A DNA stretch of 64,000 nt, from assembly GCA_965208575.1 (NCBI GenBank), contig CBDBOV010000004.1:672001-736000 (forward strand), written 5' to 3'. The notes below the pieces were generated by a model. The model made no database searches and was not told the DNA's origin. It saw only the letters and a list, made by a program, of their open reading frames with translations. This document shows, one piece after another, positions 39,217 through 49,398 of the stretch (within the stretch, counting starts at the first letter, position 1; each line of letters opens with the position of its first letter). This DNA is from Spirochaetia bacterium. GTDB lineage: Bacteria > Spirochaetota > Spirochaetia > SZUA-6 > Bin103. The position numbers and the translations under genes were made by a program.

Positions 39217-40541
39217 GAGTACTGGTGGCCGACGACGAACCCAATATCCGCGACTCGCTGCGCCGTTTGCTGGAGTTGGAGGGCAACGAGGTGGTCGCCG
39301 CCGACAACGGCCTTGCCGCCCAGCGGCGCATGCAGGAGGAGCCGTTCGGCGCCGCCATCGTCGACCTGAAGATGCCGGGCATGGACGGCCTGGAGCTGCT
39401 GCGCTGGATCCGCATCGAGCGGCCGCGGCTGCCGGTGATCATGATCTCCGCTTACGGCGAGGTGACCGACGCCGTCACCGCCATGAAGCTGGGTGCGCAC
39501 GACTACGTGGTGAAGCCGTTCGATCCCGAGGAGCTGGTGCTGCGGCTCGCCAAGCTGGTGGAAGCTCAGGCGCTGCGCGACCACGCCGAGGTGGCCAGCC
39601 GCGGCGCTGCCGAATCGCCGCCGGAGCTCGGCGACAGCCCGCCCATGACCGCCATCGCCGAGCTGTTGCGCAAGGTCGCGCCCACCCCCGCCACGGTGCT
39701 GATCACCGGCGAGAGCGGCACCGGCAAGGAAGTGGTGGCGCGCACGCTGCACCACCACTCGCGGCGCTCCGGACCGTTCATCCCGGTCAACTGCGGCGGC
39801 ATCCCCGATGCCCTGCTGGAGAGCGAGCTGTTCGGCTACGAGCGCGGCGCGTTCACCGGCGCCGCGCAGCGCAAGGTCGGCATGTTCGAGCTGGCGGCCG
39901 CGGGCACCCTGTTTCTGGACGAGATCGGCGAGATGCCGGGACCGTTGCAGGTCAAGCTGTTGCGCGCCGTGCAGGACCGCCGTATCCAGCGCCTGGGCGC
40001 CACCGCGCCGATTCCGATCGAAACGCGCCTGGTCGCCGCCACCAACCGCGACCTGGAGCGGGAGGTAGCGGCCGGACGGTTCCGCGAAGACTTGTACTAC
40101 CGCCTCAACGTGGTGCGCGTGCACGTTCCGCCGCTGCGGGAACGGCGCACCGACCTGCCCCAGTTGGCGGGCCGTGTCCTGGCGCGCCTCAACCAGGCCA
40201 TGGGCCGGCAGGTACAGGGCCTCACGCCGGCGGCCCTCACCGTGCTCGGCGGCTACGGATTTCCCGGCAACGTACGCGAGCTGGAGAATATCCTGGAGCG
40301 CGCGGTGATCTTCAGCGAAGGACCGAACATCGAGGCCGCTGATCTCGACCTGGGCGAGACCGGCAATACTCCGCCCGCAAGTGCGTCCGAGCGCGCCGCC
40401 GGCACGCTGAAGGAGAACGAGCGCGCCCTGATCGCGGCCGCACTCGCCCGCTGGGAGGGCAATCGCACGCGGGCCGCCGCCGAACTGGGCATCACCCGGC
40501 GCACGCTGTTCAACAAGCTGCGCCAGTACGGCATCGACTGA
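39213..40541 (+). CDS. sigma54-dependent response regulator (NtrC/ZraR family)
   Basis: Receiver domain, 'GESGTGKE', 'GAFTGA', Fis HTH. Confidence 0.95.
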   Translation: MRVLVADDEPNIRDSLRRLLELEGNEVVAADNGLAAQRRMQEEPFGAAIVDLKMPGMDGLELLRWIRIERPRLPVIMISAYGEVTDAVTAMKLGAHDYVVKPFDPEELVLRLAKLVEAQALRDHAEVASRGAAESPPELGDSPPMTAIAELLRKVAPTPATVLITGESGTGKEVVARTLHHHSRRSGPFIPVNCGGIPDALLESELFGYERGAFTGAAQRKVGMFELAAAGTLFLDEIGEMPGPLQVKLLRAVQDRRIQRLGATAPIPIETRLVAATNRDLEREVAAGRFREDLYYRLNVVRVHVPPLRERRTDLPQLAGRVLARLNQAMGRQVQGLTPAALTVLGGYGFPGNVRELENILERAVIFSEGPNIEAADLDLGETGNTPPASASERAAGTLKENERALIAAALARWEGNRTRAAAELGITRRTLFNKLRQYGID

Positions 40542-40554
40542 CCACGCGCGGGTC

Positions 40555-40750
40555 CGAAAAAGGGCCGCCCTGACGGGCGGCCCGCGCAAGTTAGTCCGAG
40601 TGATCCCTCACTCGGACACGTATCTCACACAAACTACAACTACCTCCTCAACATGAAAGTCTCGTTGGCATGGACCGCCGCTTGCGAGGCGGCCCGGCCC
40701 GGGGTGCCGTCAACGACGCCATGCCCAGGCCCAGTCACGGGCAACGTGGA
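40555..40750 (-). ncRNA. Candidate novel structured small RNA (~195 nt)
   Basis: Minus-strand TTGACA (40781-40786) and CATGTT -10 box, several hairpins including GCAA and GGGA loops, intrinsic terminator; no credible ORF. Confidence 0.6.
40557..40583 (-). terminator. Rho-independent terminator
   Basis: GGGCCGCCC-GTCA-GGGCGGCCC-TTTTT on the minus strand. Confidence 0.8.
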
Positions 40751-40871
40751 AGCGCAAACATGCCGCACTGCCGCCACGGCTGTCAATCCCCTTTTTCGAA
40801 CGAGTCAACCGCTCCGATTGACAAGCGCCGGCATCCGTCATCTGCTAGCGCAAAGGGGAGGAAACCGCATC

Positions 40872-41714
40872 ATGCAGCTTGGCATATTTGCCTACACGTT
40901 CGTGCGCCCCACCGTCGAAGCGGTATTCGACGCAGTGCGCGCGCACGGCATGGCGAACACGGAATGGAACTACGTTGCCATCGCGCAGCAAGAGGTTCCC
41001 GACGAGGTCGATCCCGCGTTCGCACGGCGCGTGCGCGAGGCCGCCGCCGAACGCGGCATCTCGGTCGACTCGATCGCGGGCTACACCAACCTGGTCGATC
41101 CCGACCCGGAACGCCGGCGCGCCGGGCTGCAGCGGCTGTGCGCTCTGATCCGCAGCGCCCGCGCGCACGGCGCCGGCAAGGTCGCGCTGTGCACCGGCAG
41201 CCGCGACGCCGGCAGCATGTGGCGCTGGCACGACGGCAACGACGACGCCGACACCTGGGCCGACCTGCTCGCCTCGCTCGGCGAGTGCATCCGGGCCGCC
41301 GAGGAGGCCGACGTCACGCTGGTATTCGAGCCGGAGGTGAACAACGTCGTGCACACCGCCCGCAAGGCGCGCCGCCTGCTGGACGAGATCCGGTCCCCCC
41401 GTCTCAAGGTGGTGTTCGACGGCGCCAACATCTACCACAAGGGAGAGTTGGCCCGCCAGCGAGAGATGCTCACCGAGGCGATCGACCTGCTCGGCGCCGA
41501 CATCGCCCTCGCGCATGCCAAGGACATAGAGGAGGACGGCGACGCGGGACACGCGGCGGCCGGAACCGGCAAGCTCGACTTCGGCCACTACCTGGGCGAG
41601 TTGGCGCGTGCGGGCTACGCCGGTCCGCTGCTGATGCACGGCCTCGAGGAGCACCAGGTGCCGGACAGCGTGCAATTCCTGCGCGGCCACCTTGAGGGCC
41701 GCCGCGGGTGCTGA
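40872..41714 (+). CDS. Sugar phosphate isomerase/epimerase (AP endonuclease 2 TIM barrel)
   Basis: 'LVFEPE', 'VVFDGAN', 'AHAKD', 'GTGKLDF'. Confidence 0.88.
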   Translation: MQLGIFAYTFVRPTVEAVFDAVRAHGMANTEWNYVAIAQQEVPDEVDPAFARRVREAAAERGISVDSIAGYTNLVDPDPERRRAGLQRLCALIRSARAHGAGKVALCTGSRDAGSMWRWHDGNDDADTWADLLASLGECIRAAEEADVTLVFEPEVNNVVHTARKARRLLDEIRSPRLKVVFDGANIYHKGELARQREMLTEAIDLLGADIALAHAKDIEEDGDAGHAAAGTGKLDFGHYLGELARAGYAGPLLMHGLEEHQVPDSVQFLRGHLEGRRGC

Positions 41715-42574
41715 TCAACCTCGATACCGTGCAGGGCGGGCTCGGACGCATCCCGCTGACCACCGTGCTGCCGCTGGCGCGCACGTGCGGCTTCGACACG
41801 GTGACGTTTCCGCTGTGGGAAATCTCCACCGGCGAGCAGGCCCGGGATGCGGCAGCGCGGATACGCGACCACGGCTTGCAGTGGGCGCTGATGCCGATGG
41901 ACATCGACATCATGCGCGAGTGCTCCGACGACCAATACGCCGCCGACCTGCAACGCCTGCAGCGGCAGATGGACCTGGCGCAGGAGGCCGGCGTGCGGCG
42001 CTACTACAACCACGTATGGCCTGGCAGCAACGAACGGGCGTACGACGAGCAATTCGCCTGGTGCGTAGCGCGGTTCGGACCGGTGTTCGAGGCGGCGGGC
42101 GCCCGCGGCATCAAGGCGGGGTTGGAGTTCCTGGGGCCGAAGCCGCTGTGCGACTCGTTCCGCTATCCGTTCATCCGCGGCTTGCGCGAGATGCTCGCCC
42201 TGGCCGATGCGATCGCGCCGCAGGTGGCGGTGCAGTTCGACACCTACCACTGGTTTACCTCCGGCACGACGCTCGAAGAGATCCGGTTGCTCGGCTCCGG
42301 CGACCGCGTGGTCGGCGTACACCTCAATGACGGCTGGGCGGGCCGCGCGCGCGACGAGCAGCAGGACCTGGAGCGCGAGTTGCCGCTCACCACCGGGGTG
42401 ATCGACAGCGTGGCGCCGGTGCGCGTGCTGCACGAACTGGGCTACGACGGGCCGGTGTGGGTGGAGCCGTTCGAGCCGGCTGCCTCGCGGTTGCAGGCGA
42501 TGCCGCTGGAGCAGGCGCTGCGGACGCTCTCCGGCAGCGCGGCCGAGGTGCTGCGCCGCGCCGGCGTGCGCTGA
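41708..42574 (+). CDS. Sugar phosphate isomerase/epimerase (AP endonuclease 2 TIM barrel)
   Basis: 'GLEFLGP', 'DTYHWF', 'VHLND', 'YDGPVWVEPF'. Confidence 0.85.
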   Translation: MLINLDTVQGGLGRIPLTTVLPLARTCGFDTVTFPLWEISTGEQARDAAARIRDHGLQWALMPMDIDIMRECSDDQYAADLQRLQRQMDLAQEAGVRRYYNHVWPGSNERAYDEQFAWCVARFGPVFEAAGARGIKAGLEFLGPKPLCDSFRYPFIRGLREMLALADAIAPQVAVQFDTYHWFTSGTTLEEIRLLGSGDRVVGVHLNDGWAGRARDEQQDLERELPLTTGVIDSVAPVRVLHELGYDGPVWVEPFEPAASRLQAMPLEQALRTLSGSAAEVLRRAGVR

Positions 42575-42607
42575 CCGCGGCATGCAACGAGGTTCACCGT
42601 GCACGGC

Positions 42608-44143
42608 ATGAGCACGCCCGCGATCATTCCGCTTCCGGTTGCCATCGATACCGGCTCCGGCGTGCTGCCGATCACCGCGGACACCGCGCTGCAGGCCGAC
42701 CGGGACAGCGCCTCGGCGGCCCGCCTGCTGGCCGGCTGGCTGCCGCCCGTGGACGGACAGCCGCGGCCGGTCAGAACGCTCCGGCCGTCCGCTCGGGCCG
42801 GCTCGATCACATTGACCACCGAGGCCGCCCGCACCGACCTGCGCGACGAGGGCTACGCGCTGTCGGTCACGGCGCGGGGCGCCACGGTCACCGGAGCGAC
42901 GCCGCGCGGCGTGCTGTGGGGCGCGCAAACGCTGCGCCAGCTCCTGGCCCTGCCTGCGCCGGCGGACGCCGGCACCGCGCTGCCGGTGGTCGAAGTCGTC
43001 GACCGCCCGCGGTTTTCCTGGCGCGGCCTGCTCCTGGACGTGGCGCGCCACTTCTACCCGGTGCCGTTCATCGAGCGGCTGGTCGACCTGATGTCGCTGT
43101 ACAAGCTGGGCACGTTCCACTGGCACCTGACCGACGACCAGGGCTGGCGCCTCGAAGTCCGCTCCCGGCCGCGGCTCACCGAGGTTGGCGCGCGGCGCGC
43201 CGCCACGCCCCTGCCGCACGACCACACCCGCTCCGACGGCACCCCCTGCGCCGGCCACTACACGCAGGAGGACGTGCGGCGGGTGGTTGCCTATGCCGCC
43301 GAGCGGGGCGTGACCGTGGTGCCCGAGATCGAGATGCCCGGCCACTCGCAGGCGGCGCTGGCCTGCTACCCGGAACTGGGCTGCACCGGCGCCGGTTGCG
43401 AGGTGGCTACCACTTGGGGCGTCAAGAACGACGTGCTGTGCGCCGGGCGCGAGACCACCTTCGCGTTCCTGGAAGCGGTGCTGGAGGAAGTGCTGGAGCT
43501 GTTTCCGAGCCCGTTCATCCACGTCGGCGGCGACGAGTGTCCGAAGCAGGCGTGGCGCGGCTGCCCCCACTGCCAGGCGCGGATCGCGCGCGAGCGGCTG
43601 GCCGGCGAGGACGAACTGCAGAGTTGGTTTGTCCGCCGCATCTCCGGCTGGCTGGCCGACCGCGGCCGGCGCCTGGTGGGCTGGGACGAGATTCTGGAGG
43701 GCGGGCTGGCGCCCGGGGCCACGGTGATGAGCTGGCGCGGCAGCGCCGGCGGCGTGGCGGCCGCGCGGGCCGGCCACGACGTGGTGATGTCGCCCAACAC
43801 GCATTGCTACTTCGACTACTACCAGTCACCGGACACCGCCAACGAGCCGCCGGCGATCGGCGGCCACCTGCCGCTGGACCAGGTGTTTTCGTTCGAACCG
43901 GTGCCGCCGGCGCTCGCCGATCACGCGGCGCACGTGCTCGGCGTGCAGGGCAACATCTGGACCGAGTACATCGCCGGCGAGTCGCACGTGGAATACATGG
44001 CGTTTCCGCGTGCCCTGGCGCTTGCCGACGTGGCGTGGACCCCGGCGCAGTCGCGCTCCCTTGCCGACTTCAGTTGCCGGCTGGACGCGCACCGGCCGCT
44101 ACTCGACCGGCTGGTCGTCAACTATCGCCCCTGGGAGCGGTGA
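42608..44143 (+). CDS. beta-N-acetylhexosaminidase (GH20)
   Basis: 'DRPRFSWRGLLLDVARHF', 'HLTDDQGWR', 'PEIEMPGH', 'HVGGDEC'. Confidence 0.94.
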   Translation: MSTPAIIPLPVAIDTGSGVLPITADTALQADRDSASAARLLAGWLPPVDGQPRPVRTLRPSARAGSITLTTEAARTDLRDEGYALSVTARGATVTGATPRGVLWGAQTLRQLLALPAPADAGTALPVVEVVDRPRFSWRGLLLDVARHFYPVPFIERLVDLMSLYKLGTFHWHLTDDQGWRLEVRSRPRLTEVGARRAATPLPHDHTRSDGTPCAGHYTQEDVRRVVAYAAERGVTVVPEIEMPGHSQAALACYPELGCTGAGCEVATTWGVKNDVLCAGRETTFAFLEAVLEEVLELFPSPFIHVGGDECPKQAWRGCPHCQARIARERLAGEDELQSWFVRRISGWLADRGRRLVGWDEILEGGLAPGATVMSWRGSAGGVAAARAGHDVVMSPNTHCYFDYYQSPDTANEPPAIGGHLPLDQVFSFEPVPPALADHAAHVLGVQGNIWTEYIAGESHVEYMAFPRALALADVAWTPAQSRSLADFSCRLDAHRPLLDRLVVNYRPWER

Positions 44144-44290
44144 GCGAGTATCGACGGCGCCAGCACGTAGGTGCCCGGTGAGACCAGCCCGTGAGCGCCT
44201 GGCGGGCGGCCTTCGCCACCGCCCCGGATTGGCAGTCGCCGGACGTGCGCCACCGGTAAGCCCGCTCCGTGAGCCGGTCGGCGCGCTCCG

Positions 44291-45343
44291 CTACACCGCG
44301 GTCGGTGCGGCCGCCACCCGGACGGCGGCGAGCGCCTGCTCGGCGGCGCGCAGCGTGGCGTCGATGTCGTCGCGCTCGATGCCGAGGTGGGTGACCATGC
44401 GCAGCTCGGAATCGCCCGGGTTGATCAGCACGCCGCGCGCGTGCAACTCGTCGGCGACTCGGTTGCCGGTCCCCGCCGGCACGCCGAAGTAGACGATATT
44501 GGTCTGGATCATCGCCGGATCCACGCGCACTCCCTCGATCTGCACGAGGCCTTCGGCGAGCAGCCGCGCGTGGTGATGGTCGTCGGCCAGGCGTTCGATC
44601 ATGGTGTCCAGCGCCACCAGGCCGGCGGCCGCCAGCACCCCGACCTGGCGCATGCCGGCACCCAGGATCTTGCGCCAGCGGGTCGCCTCGTCGATGAAGT
44701 CGCGCCCGCCGCACACCACGCTGCCCACCGGACACGCCAGGCCCTTCGACAGGCACACCGTCACCGAATCTGCCCCCGCGGCCAATTCCGCGGCCGGCGT
44801 GTTCAGGGCCACGGCCGCGTTGAACAGCCGCGCCCCGTCCAGGTGCACGCCGAGGCCGGCGGCGCGCGCCGCGCCGGTCATGGCAGCGATCTGTGCCGTG
44901 TCCAGCGCCCGCCCGGAGCTGGCGTTGTGCGTGTTTTCGATGCACAGCAGGCGGGTACGCGGGCAGTGGTAGTCGTCCGGCTTCACCGCCGCGGCGATCG
45001 CCTCCGGCGCCAGCTCGCCGTAGGCGTTGGTCGGCAGCGGGAACAGCACCACGCCGCCGAGCACCGACGTGCCGCCGGCCTCGTGCTCGAAGATGTGCGA
45101 CTGATCGCCGAGCAGGACCTCCTCGCCGCGCCGCGTCTGCGCCAGCACCGACACCAGGTTGCCCTGCGTGCCGGAGGCCACGAACAGGCCCGCCTCCTTG
45201 CCGAGCAGCGCCGCCATCCGCTCCTGCAGGCGGTTCACGGTGGGATCGTCGCCGTACACGTCGTCGCCGAGTTCGGCGTCGTACATGGCGCGCCGCATCT
45301 CGCGGCTCGGGTGGGTCACGGTGTCGCTGCGCAGGTCAATCAT
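44291..45343 (-). CDS. ltaE: Low-specificity L-threonine aldolase
   Basis: 'MIDLRSDTVT', 'GDDVYGDDPTV', 'HLDGARLFNA', 'CLSKGL'. Confidence 0.94.
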   Translation of the reverse strand: MIDLRSDTVTHPSREMRRAMYDAELGDDVYGDDPTVNRLQERMAALLGKEAGLFVASGTQGNLVSVLAQTRRGEEVLLGDQSHIFEHEAGGTSVLGGVVLFPLPTNAYGELAPEAIAAAVKPDDYHCPRTRLLCIENTHNASSGRALDTAQIAAMTGAARAAGLGVHLDGARLFNAAVALNTPAAELAAGADSVTVCLSKGLACPVGSVVCGGRDFIDEATRWRKILGAGMRQVGVLAAAGLVALDTMIERLADDHHHARLLAEGLVQIEGVRVDPAMIQTNIVYFGVPAGTGNRVADELHARGVLINPGDSELRMVTHLGIERDDIDATLRAAEQALAAVRVAAAPTAV

Positions 45344-45419
45344 CGCGCCCCGAATTGTGGCGCGCGGTGGCTCCGTCCGGCAAGAGCGCGGCGTGACGGC
45401 CTGCGCCCCCGCGGCGGCG

Positions 45420-46208
45420 CTACGCGGAGGCCCCCGAGTAGCGCTTCAGTCCGTGCCGCCACAGGAGACGCGAGGCGACCAGGGTCAACAGCGCCACGCC
45501 CAGCGCCAGCGCCACGCGCCCGGCGGTGAGCCGCCCTACCGCCGCCTCGGCCGGCACGGTAACCGCAATCGCCACCGGTACGATGAAGGTGAGGATGAAG
45601 CGCAGCCACTGCGGATAGATGCCGATCGGCCAGCGCGCCGCCTGGTAGACGTCGCCGAACACCGCGAAGATGTTCTCGATGCGCAGGAACCAGAACGACA
45701 CCGACGCCATTGCCACGAAGAAGCTGTAGATGATCGCGGCGCCGGCCAGCAGCATGAGCAGGAACCCGGCGGCATCGACAACCCCGACCGCGCCGCCGTG
45801 CCGCACCAGCGCCACCGCCAGCACCACCACGCCGAGCGCCACGTCGACCAGCTTCCACACCCGGATGTCCACGATGCTGGTCAGGAACTGGGCATCGATC
45901 GGCTTGGTCAGCGTGTAGTCGAGCGTGCCGAGGTGGATATCCTCGATCAGCGCCGCCATGCCCGGCTCGATTACCCCGCCCATGGCCGCGCTCATCAAAA
46001 GGTATACGCCGAGCACCGCCAGCACCTCGTCCTGTCCCCACCCGCCGAGACTCTCGGTGTGACCGAACACCACCAGCAGGCCGCCGATCGCCGCACCCAC
46101 CGCCACCGCCGACTGCAGCATCTGCAGGTACAGGTTGGCCCGGTACGCGAATTCGTTCAGCAGCCCTATCTTGAAGAACGTCCAGGCGACCCGCAGCGCA
46201 TGTATCAT
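45420..46208 (-). CDS. ABC-2 family transporter permease
   Basis: Six TM segments; 'GTLDYTLTKPID', 'RWPIGIYP'. Confidence 0.88.
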   Translation of the reverse strand: MIHALRVAWTFFKIGLLNEFAYRANLYLQMLQSAVAVGAAIGGLLVVFGHTESLGGWGQDEVLAVLGVYLLMSAAMGGVIEPGMAALIEDIHLGTLDYTLTKPIDAQFLTSIVDIRVWKLVDVALGVVVLAVALVRHGGAVGVVDAAGFLLMLLAGAAIIYSFFVAMASVSFWFLRIENIFAVFGDVYQAARWPIGIYPQWLRFILTFIVPVAIAVTVPAEAAVGRLTAGRVALALGVALLTLVASRLLWRHGLKRYSGASA

Positions 46209-46305
46209 TGGTCACCGCCCACCGTGATTGTGCTCACGTCCAGCCCCGGTGAGGCAGCCTTATCTTGATGAAGAACGTCCAGGCGACCCGCAGCGCGTGC
46301 AGCAT
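46166..46305. repeat. ~42-bp duplicated gene start of the permease
   Basis: 46166-46208 resembles 46260-46305 (MIHALRVAWTFFKI vs MLHALRVAWTFFIKI). Confidence 0.8.
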
Positions 46306-46309
46306 CAGC

Positions 46310-47101
46310 TCAGTTTCCTACCGCCGTGAACTTGCGTACGCCGAGGCGCCAGACTGCCTGCACCAGGACCACCCCCACCACCAGCCACAGCGCCAGCATC
46401 TGGAACCCGGTAACGATGGTGGCATGGTCGAGGCGGTTCAGGAACAGCTCGACCGGGAACCAGACCGTCCAGCGGAACGGCAGATACCAGCTCAACCGCT
46501 CCAGCCACGGGGGCATCAGGTCCAGCGGCGCCAGCCGCCCGGAAAAGAACAGCACCAGCATGAAGTAGATCTGGTTGAGCGCAGCGGTACGGGTGGTCCA
46601 GAACCCCGACAGTGCGAATGCCCAATCCACGAACATGCGAATGCAGTAGGCGCCCACCAGGGCCGCCGCGCCGAGCGCCACGGATGCCGGCTGGAACCCG
46701 AACGCCGGCTCGAACAGGAAGGTAAGCAGGATCGCCACCGGCACCAGGATGGTCAGCGTCAGGATCTTGTAGCCGATATTGTCGGCGATGTCGGCGTGGA
46801 TGGGATGGATCGGCCGGAGCAGCATCACGGCCAGCTCGCCATTGCGGATCCGCCATTCGAACTCGAAGATGATCCATGTGAAGGTGAGCTGGTTGACCAC
46901 CATCAGCACGATGAAGTAGGCGGCGAAGTCGGCGGCCCCGTAGCCGCCCACCTCGCCGCGGGCGATGGCGACCGTCCTCCACACCACCAGGAACACCGTC
47001 GGCTCGACGATGCGGTTGATCATCCATATCGCCATGGCGACGCGGTACTGGAACTGCAGGGCGATCGAGGTCTTGAGGTATACCCAGTAGATGGCCAGCA
47101 C
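46310..47101 (-). CDS. ABC-2 family transporter permease
   Basis: 'IRNGELAVMLLRP', 'SGRLAPLDLMP', multiple TM segments. Confidence 0.88.
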   Translation of the reverse strand: MLAIYWVYLKTSIALQFQYRVAMAIWMINRIVEPTVFLVVWRTVAIARGEVGGYGAADFAAYFIVLMVVNQLTFTWIIFEFEWRIRNGELAVMLLRPIHPIHADIADNIGYKILTLTILVPVAILLTFLFEPAFGFQPASVALGAAALVGAYCIRMFVDWAFALSGFWTTRTAALNQIYFMLVLFFSGRLAPLDLMPPWLERLSWYLPFRWTVWFPVELFLNRLDHATIVTGFQMLALWLVVGVVLVQAVWRLGVRKFTAVGN

Positions 47102-47113
47102 GGGCTGCCAGGC

Positions 47114-48106
47114 TTACGCGCGCTGCTCGGAGCGGTCCAGGCCGCCGGCGAACACCTGCTCGATCACGTCCTCGATCGGCGGATCCTCGATGGTGATGTC
47201 GATCACCGGCAGGTCGGCAAGCAGGCGTCCGGTGACCTGCGCCGCCTGCGACTTCGGCACCCGCAGCGTGTGACGCAGGCCCTCGCACGCGACCACCTCG
47301 CCATAGCGCGACAGGTCGGCGCTGTCCTGTCTCACCTCGACCACCACCGTCTTGAGCGGTGAGAAGCGTGCCACCAGGTCGGCGAGCTCGCCGTCGAACA
47401 GTATGCGCCCATGGTCGATAACGATGATGCGCTTGCACAGCGCCTCGACGTCGGCCATGTAGTGGCTGGTAAGCAGCACGGTGGTGCCGTGCAGCCGGTT
47501 GTGCTCGGCCAGGAACTGCCGGATGCGGCGCTGCATGGTCACGTCCAGCCCGATGGTGGGCTCGTCCAGGAACAGCACCTCGGGGCGATGCACCAGCGCC
47601 ACCGCGATCTCGCACTTCATGCGCTCGCCGAGCGACAGGTTGCGCGCCGGCCGCTCCAGCAGCTCGCCCAGCTCCAGCAGCTCGGTCAGTTCGTCCAGGG
47701 TACGCCGGTAGTCGGCGACCGGCACGCGGTACACCACCCGGTTGCGCTCCAGGGAGTCGATTACCGGTATGTCCCAGATGAGCTGGTTGCGCTGCCCCAT
47801 CACCAGCGTGATGCGGCTCAGGAACGCGCGCTCGCGCTTCGACGGGACGTGACCGAGCACCGCCGCGTGCCCGGCGGTCGGGAACAGCAGGCCGGACAGC
47901 ATCTTCAGGGTGGTGGTCTTGCCGGCGCCGTTGGGACCCACGAAGCCGACGAACTCTCCCGGTCGGAGCGCGAACGACACCTCGGCAACCGCCGGCACCG
48001 AGCGGGTGCGGCGCGCGAACAGGCTGCGTGCAGCGGCGGCCAGACCCGCCTCCCGCTCCGGAACCACGTACGTCTTGGTCAGTTCCCGTACGTCTACGGC
48101 GAACAT
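47114..48106 (-). CDS. ABC transporter ATP-binding protein
   Basis: 'GPNGAGKTT', 'LSLGERM', 'LFLDEPT'. Confidence 0.93.
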   Translation of the reverse strand: MFAVDVRELTKTYVVPEREAGLAAAARSLFARRTRSVPAVAEVSFALRPGEFVGFVGPNGAGKTTTLKMLSGLLFPTAGHAAVLGHVPSKRERAFLSRITLVMGQRNQLIWDIPVIDSLERNRVVYRVPVADYRRTLDELTELLELGELLERPARNLSLGERMKCEIAVALVHRPEVLFLDEPTIGLDVTMQRRIRQFLAEHNRLHGTTVLLTSHYMADVEALCKRIIVIDHGRILFDGELADLVARFSPLKTVVVEVRQDSADLSRYGEVVACEGLRHTLRVPKSQAAQVTGRLLADLPVIDITIEDPPIEDVIEQVFAGGLDRSEQRA

Positions 48107-48126
48107 CGTCGGTGCCGCGGCATCGG

Positions 48127-49398
48127 CTACAAGGCGGCGCGCAGCAGCGCGCGGATGTCCCGCGCCAGCGCGCTGTAGCGGGTGGTCCCGGGCGGCAGCC
48201 GATTGGTCTCCAGGCGGCGGCCGTTGACGAACACGGAGGGGGTTCCCTGCACGCCGGCCTGCACCGCCTCGTCGATGTCGCGCCTGATGTGGCGGGCGGT
48301 GTCCTCGCTCTGCAGGTCGGCCAGGAATGCCTCGACATCGGCGATGCCGGCCTCCTCGGCGTTGGCCAGCACGCGTGCCGGAGCGTGGTTCTGGAAGTGC
48401 TCGTACAGCAGCAGGTGGAAGTCCAGGAATCGATCCTGCTTGTGCGCCGCGTAGGCGGCCGCGGCTGCCACGCAGGAGGAGCTGACCTGCTCGCGGCCCA
48501 TGTAGGGATTGCAGGTGGCATCGAGGGGGAAGAACTTGAACACCACGCGCACGTCGCCGGGGAAGTCCTCCGCCAGTTGCAGCGCCTCGGGATCGAAACT
48601 GCGGCAGTGGGAGCAGTTGTAGTCGCCGAACACGACCACCTGTACGGGCGCGTCGGCGGGACCGACGCCGGGCGAGTCGGCGAGCGCGAACTGCTGCGTG
48701 GTGCGGCCCAGGTAGAGCGAAGTGGCGCCGAGGGCGCCGGCCGCGGAGCTGGCCGACCGGCCGGCGAGGCCGATGGCGCTGGTCTCCAGGGCCAGCGTCG
48801 CGCCGGCCGCAACGACGCCTCCGGCAGCCAGGGCCAGAGCCGCCGAGCCGACGGCGGTTCCCGGCCCGCGCGCCTGGCGTCCTCCGCCGGCCGCGGCGCC
48901 GGCCCGGCCGCGGCGCCACAACAGCACCGCGAACAGCGCGAAGGTCACCAGTTGCAGCGCCGCACAGTACAGGCACAGCGCCTCGATAACCACCGCCGCG
49001 ATCACCAGCAGCGCCAGCGCCGCGACCGCGGACAGCCCGCTCAGGACGGTCGCGACATCCAGGTTCACCGCCGCCAGGCGCCGGAACGGGCGCAGCAGCG
49101 GCAGCGCGAGCAGGACCCCCATCGCCCCGTACACGGCCAGCGCCACGGCCGAGATCGGCACTCCCGCCACGGCCGCGAAGCGCGATTCGCTGACCCGGTC
49201 GCAGTCCACGTAGCTGGAAATGCTGCAACCGCTCACCTGGCCGGCCACGACGTGCCGGAAGTAGCTGCTGGTCAGGACGACGGTCAACACGAGACCGGCG
49301 ACGACCAGCAAGAGGGCGGTCCATGCCAGCGGACCGCCCGCTCTCGCGGGCGGTGATGCGGGCCGATTGCCTGATGAACGGTGGGGTCGCTGCGCCAT
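48127..49398 (-). CDS. VKOR-DsbA/thioredoxin fusion protein
   Basis: VKOR 'C.....DCDRV..S' and 'CLYC'; DsbA 'GDYNCSHC' and 'GTPSVFVNG'. Confidence 0.9.
   Translation of the reverse strand: MAQRPHRSSGNRPASPPARAGGPLAWTALLLVVAGLVLTVVLTSSYFRHVVAGQVSGCSISSYVDCDRVSESRFAAVAGVPISAVALAVYGAMGVLLALPLLRPFRRLAAVNLDVATVLSGLSAVAALALLVIAAVVIEALCLYCAALQLVTFALFAVLLWRRGRAGAAAGGGRQARGPGTAVGSAALALAAGGVVAAGATLALETSAIGLAGRSASSAAGALGATSLYLGRTTQQFALADSPGVGPADAPVQVVVFGDYNCSHCRSFDPEALQLAEDFPGDVRVVFKFFPLDATCNPYMGREQVSSSCVAAAAAYAAHKQDRFLDFHLLLYEHFQNHAPARVLANAEEAGIADVEAFLADLQSEDTARHIRRDIDEAVQAGVQGTPSVFVNGRRLETNRLPPGTTRYSALARDIRALLRAAL

Noticed and set aside
40624-40651. Minus-strand UGAGGAGGUAGUUGUAGUUUG resembles animal let-7 miRNA
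   Set aside because: Short low-complexity GU-rich match with mismatches and no pre-miRNA hairpin; most likely coincidence.
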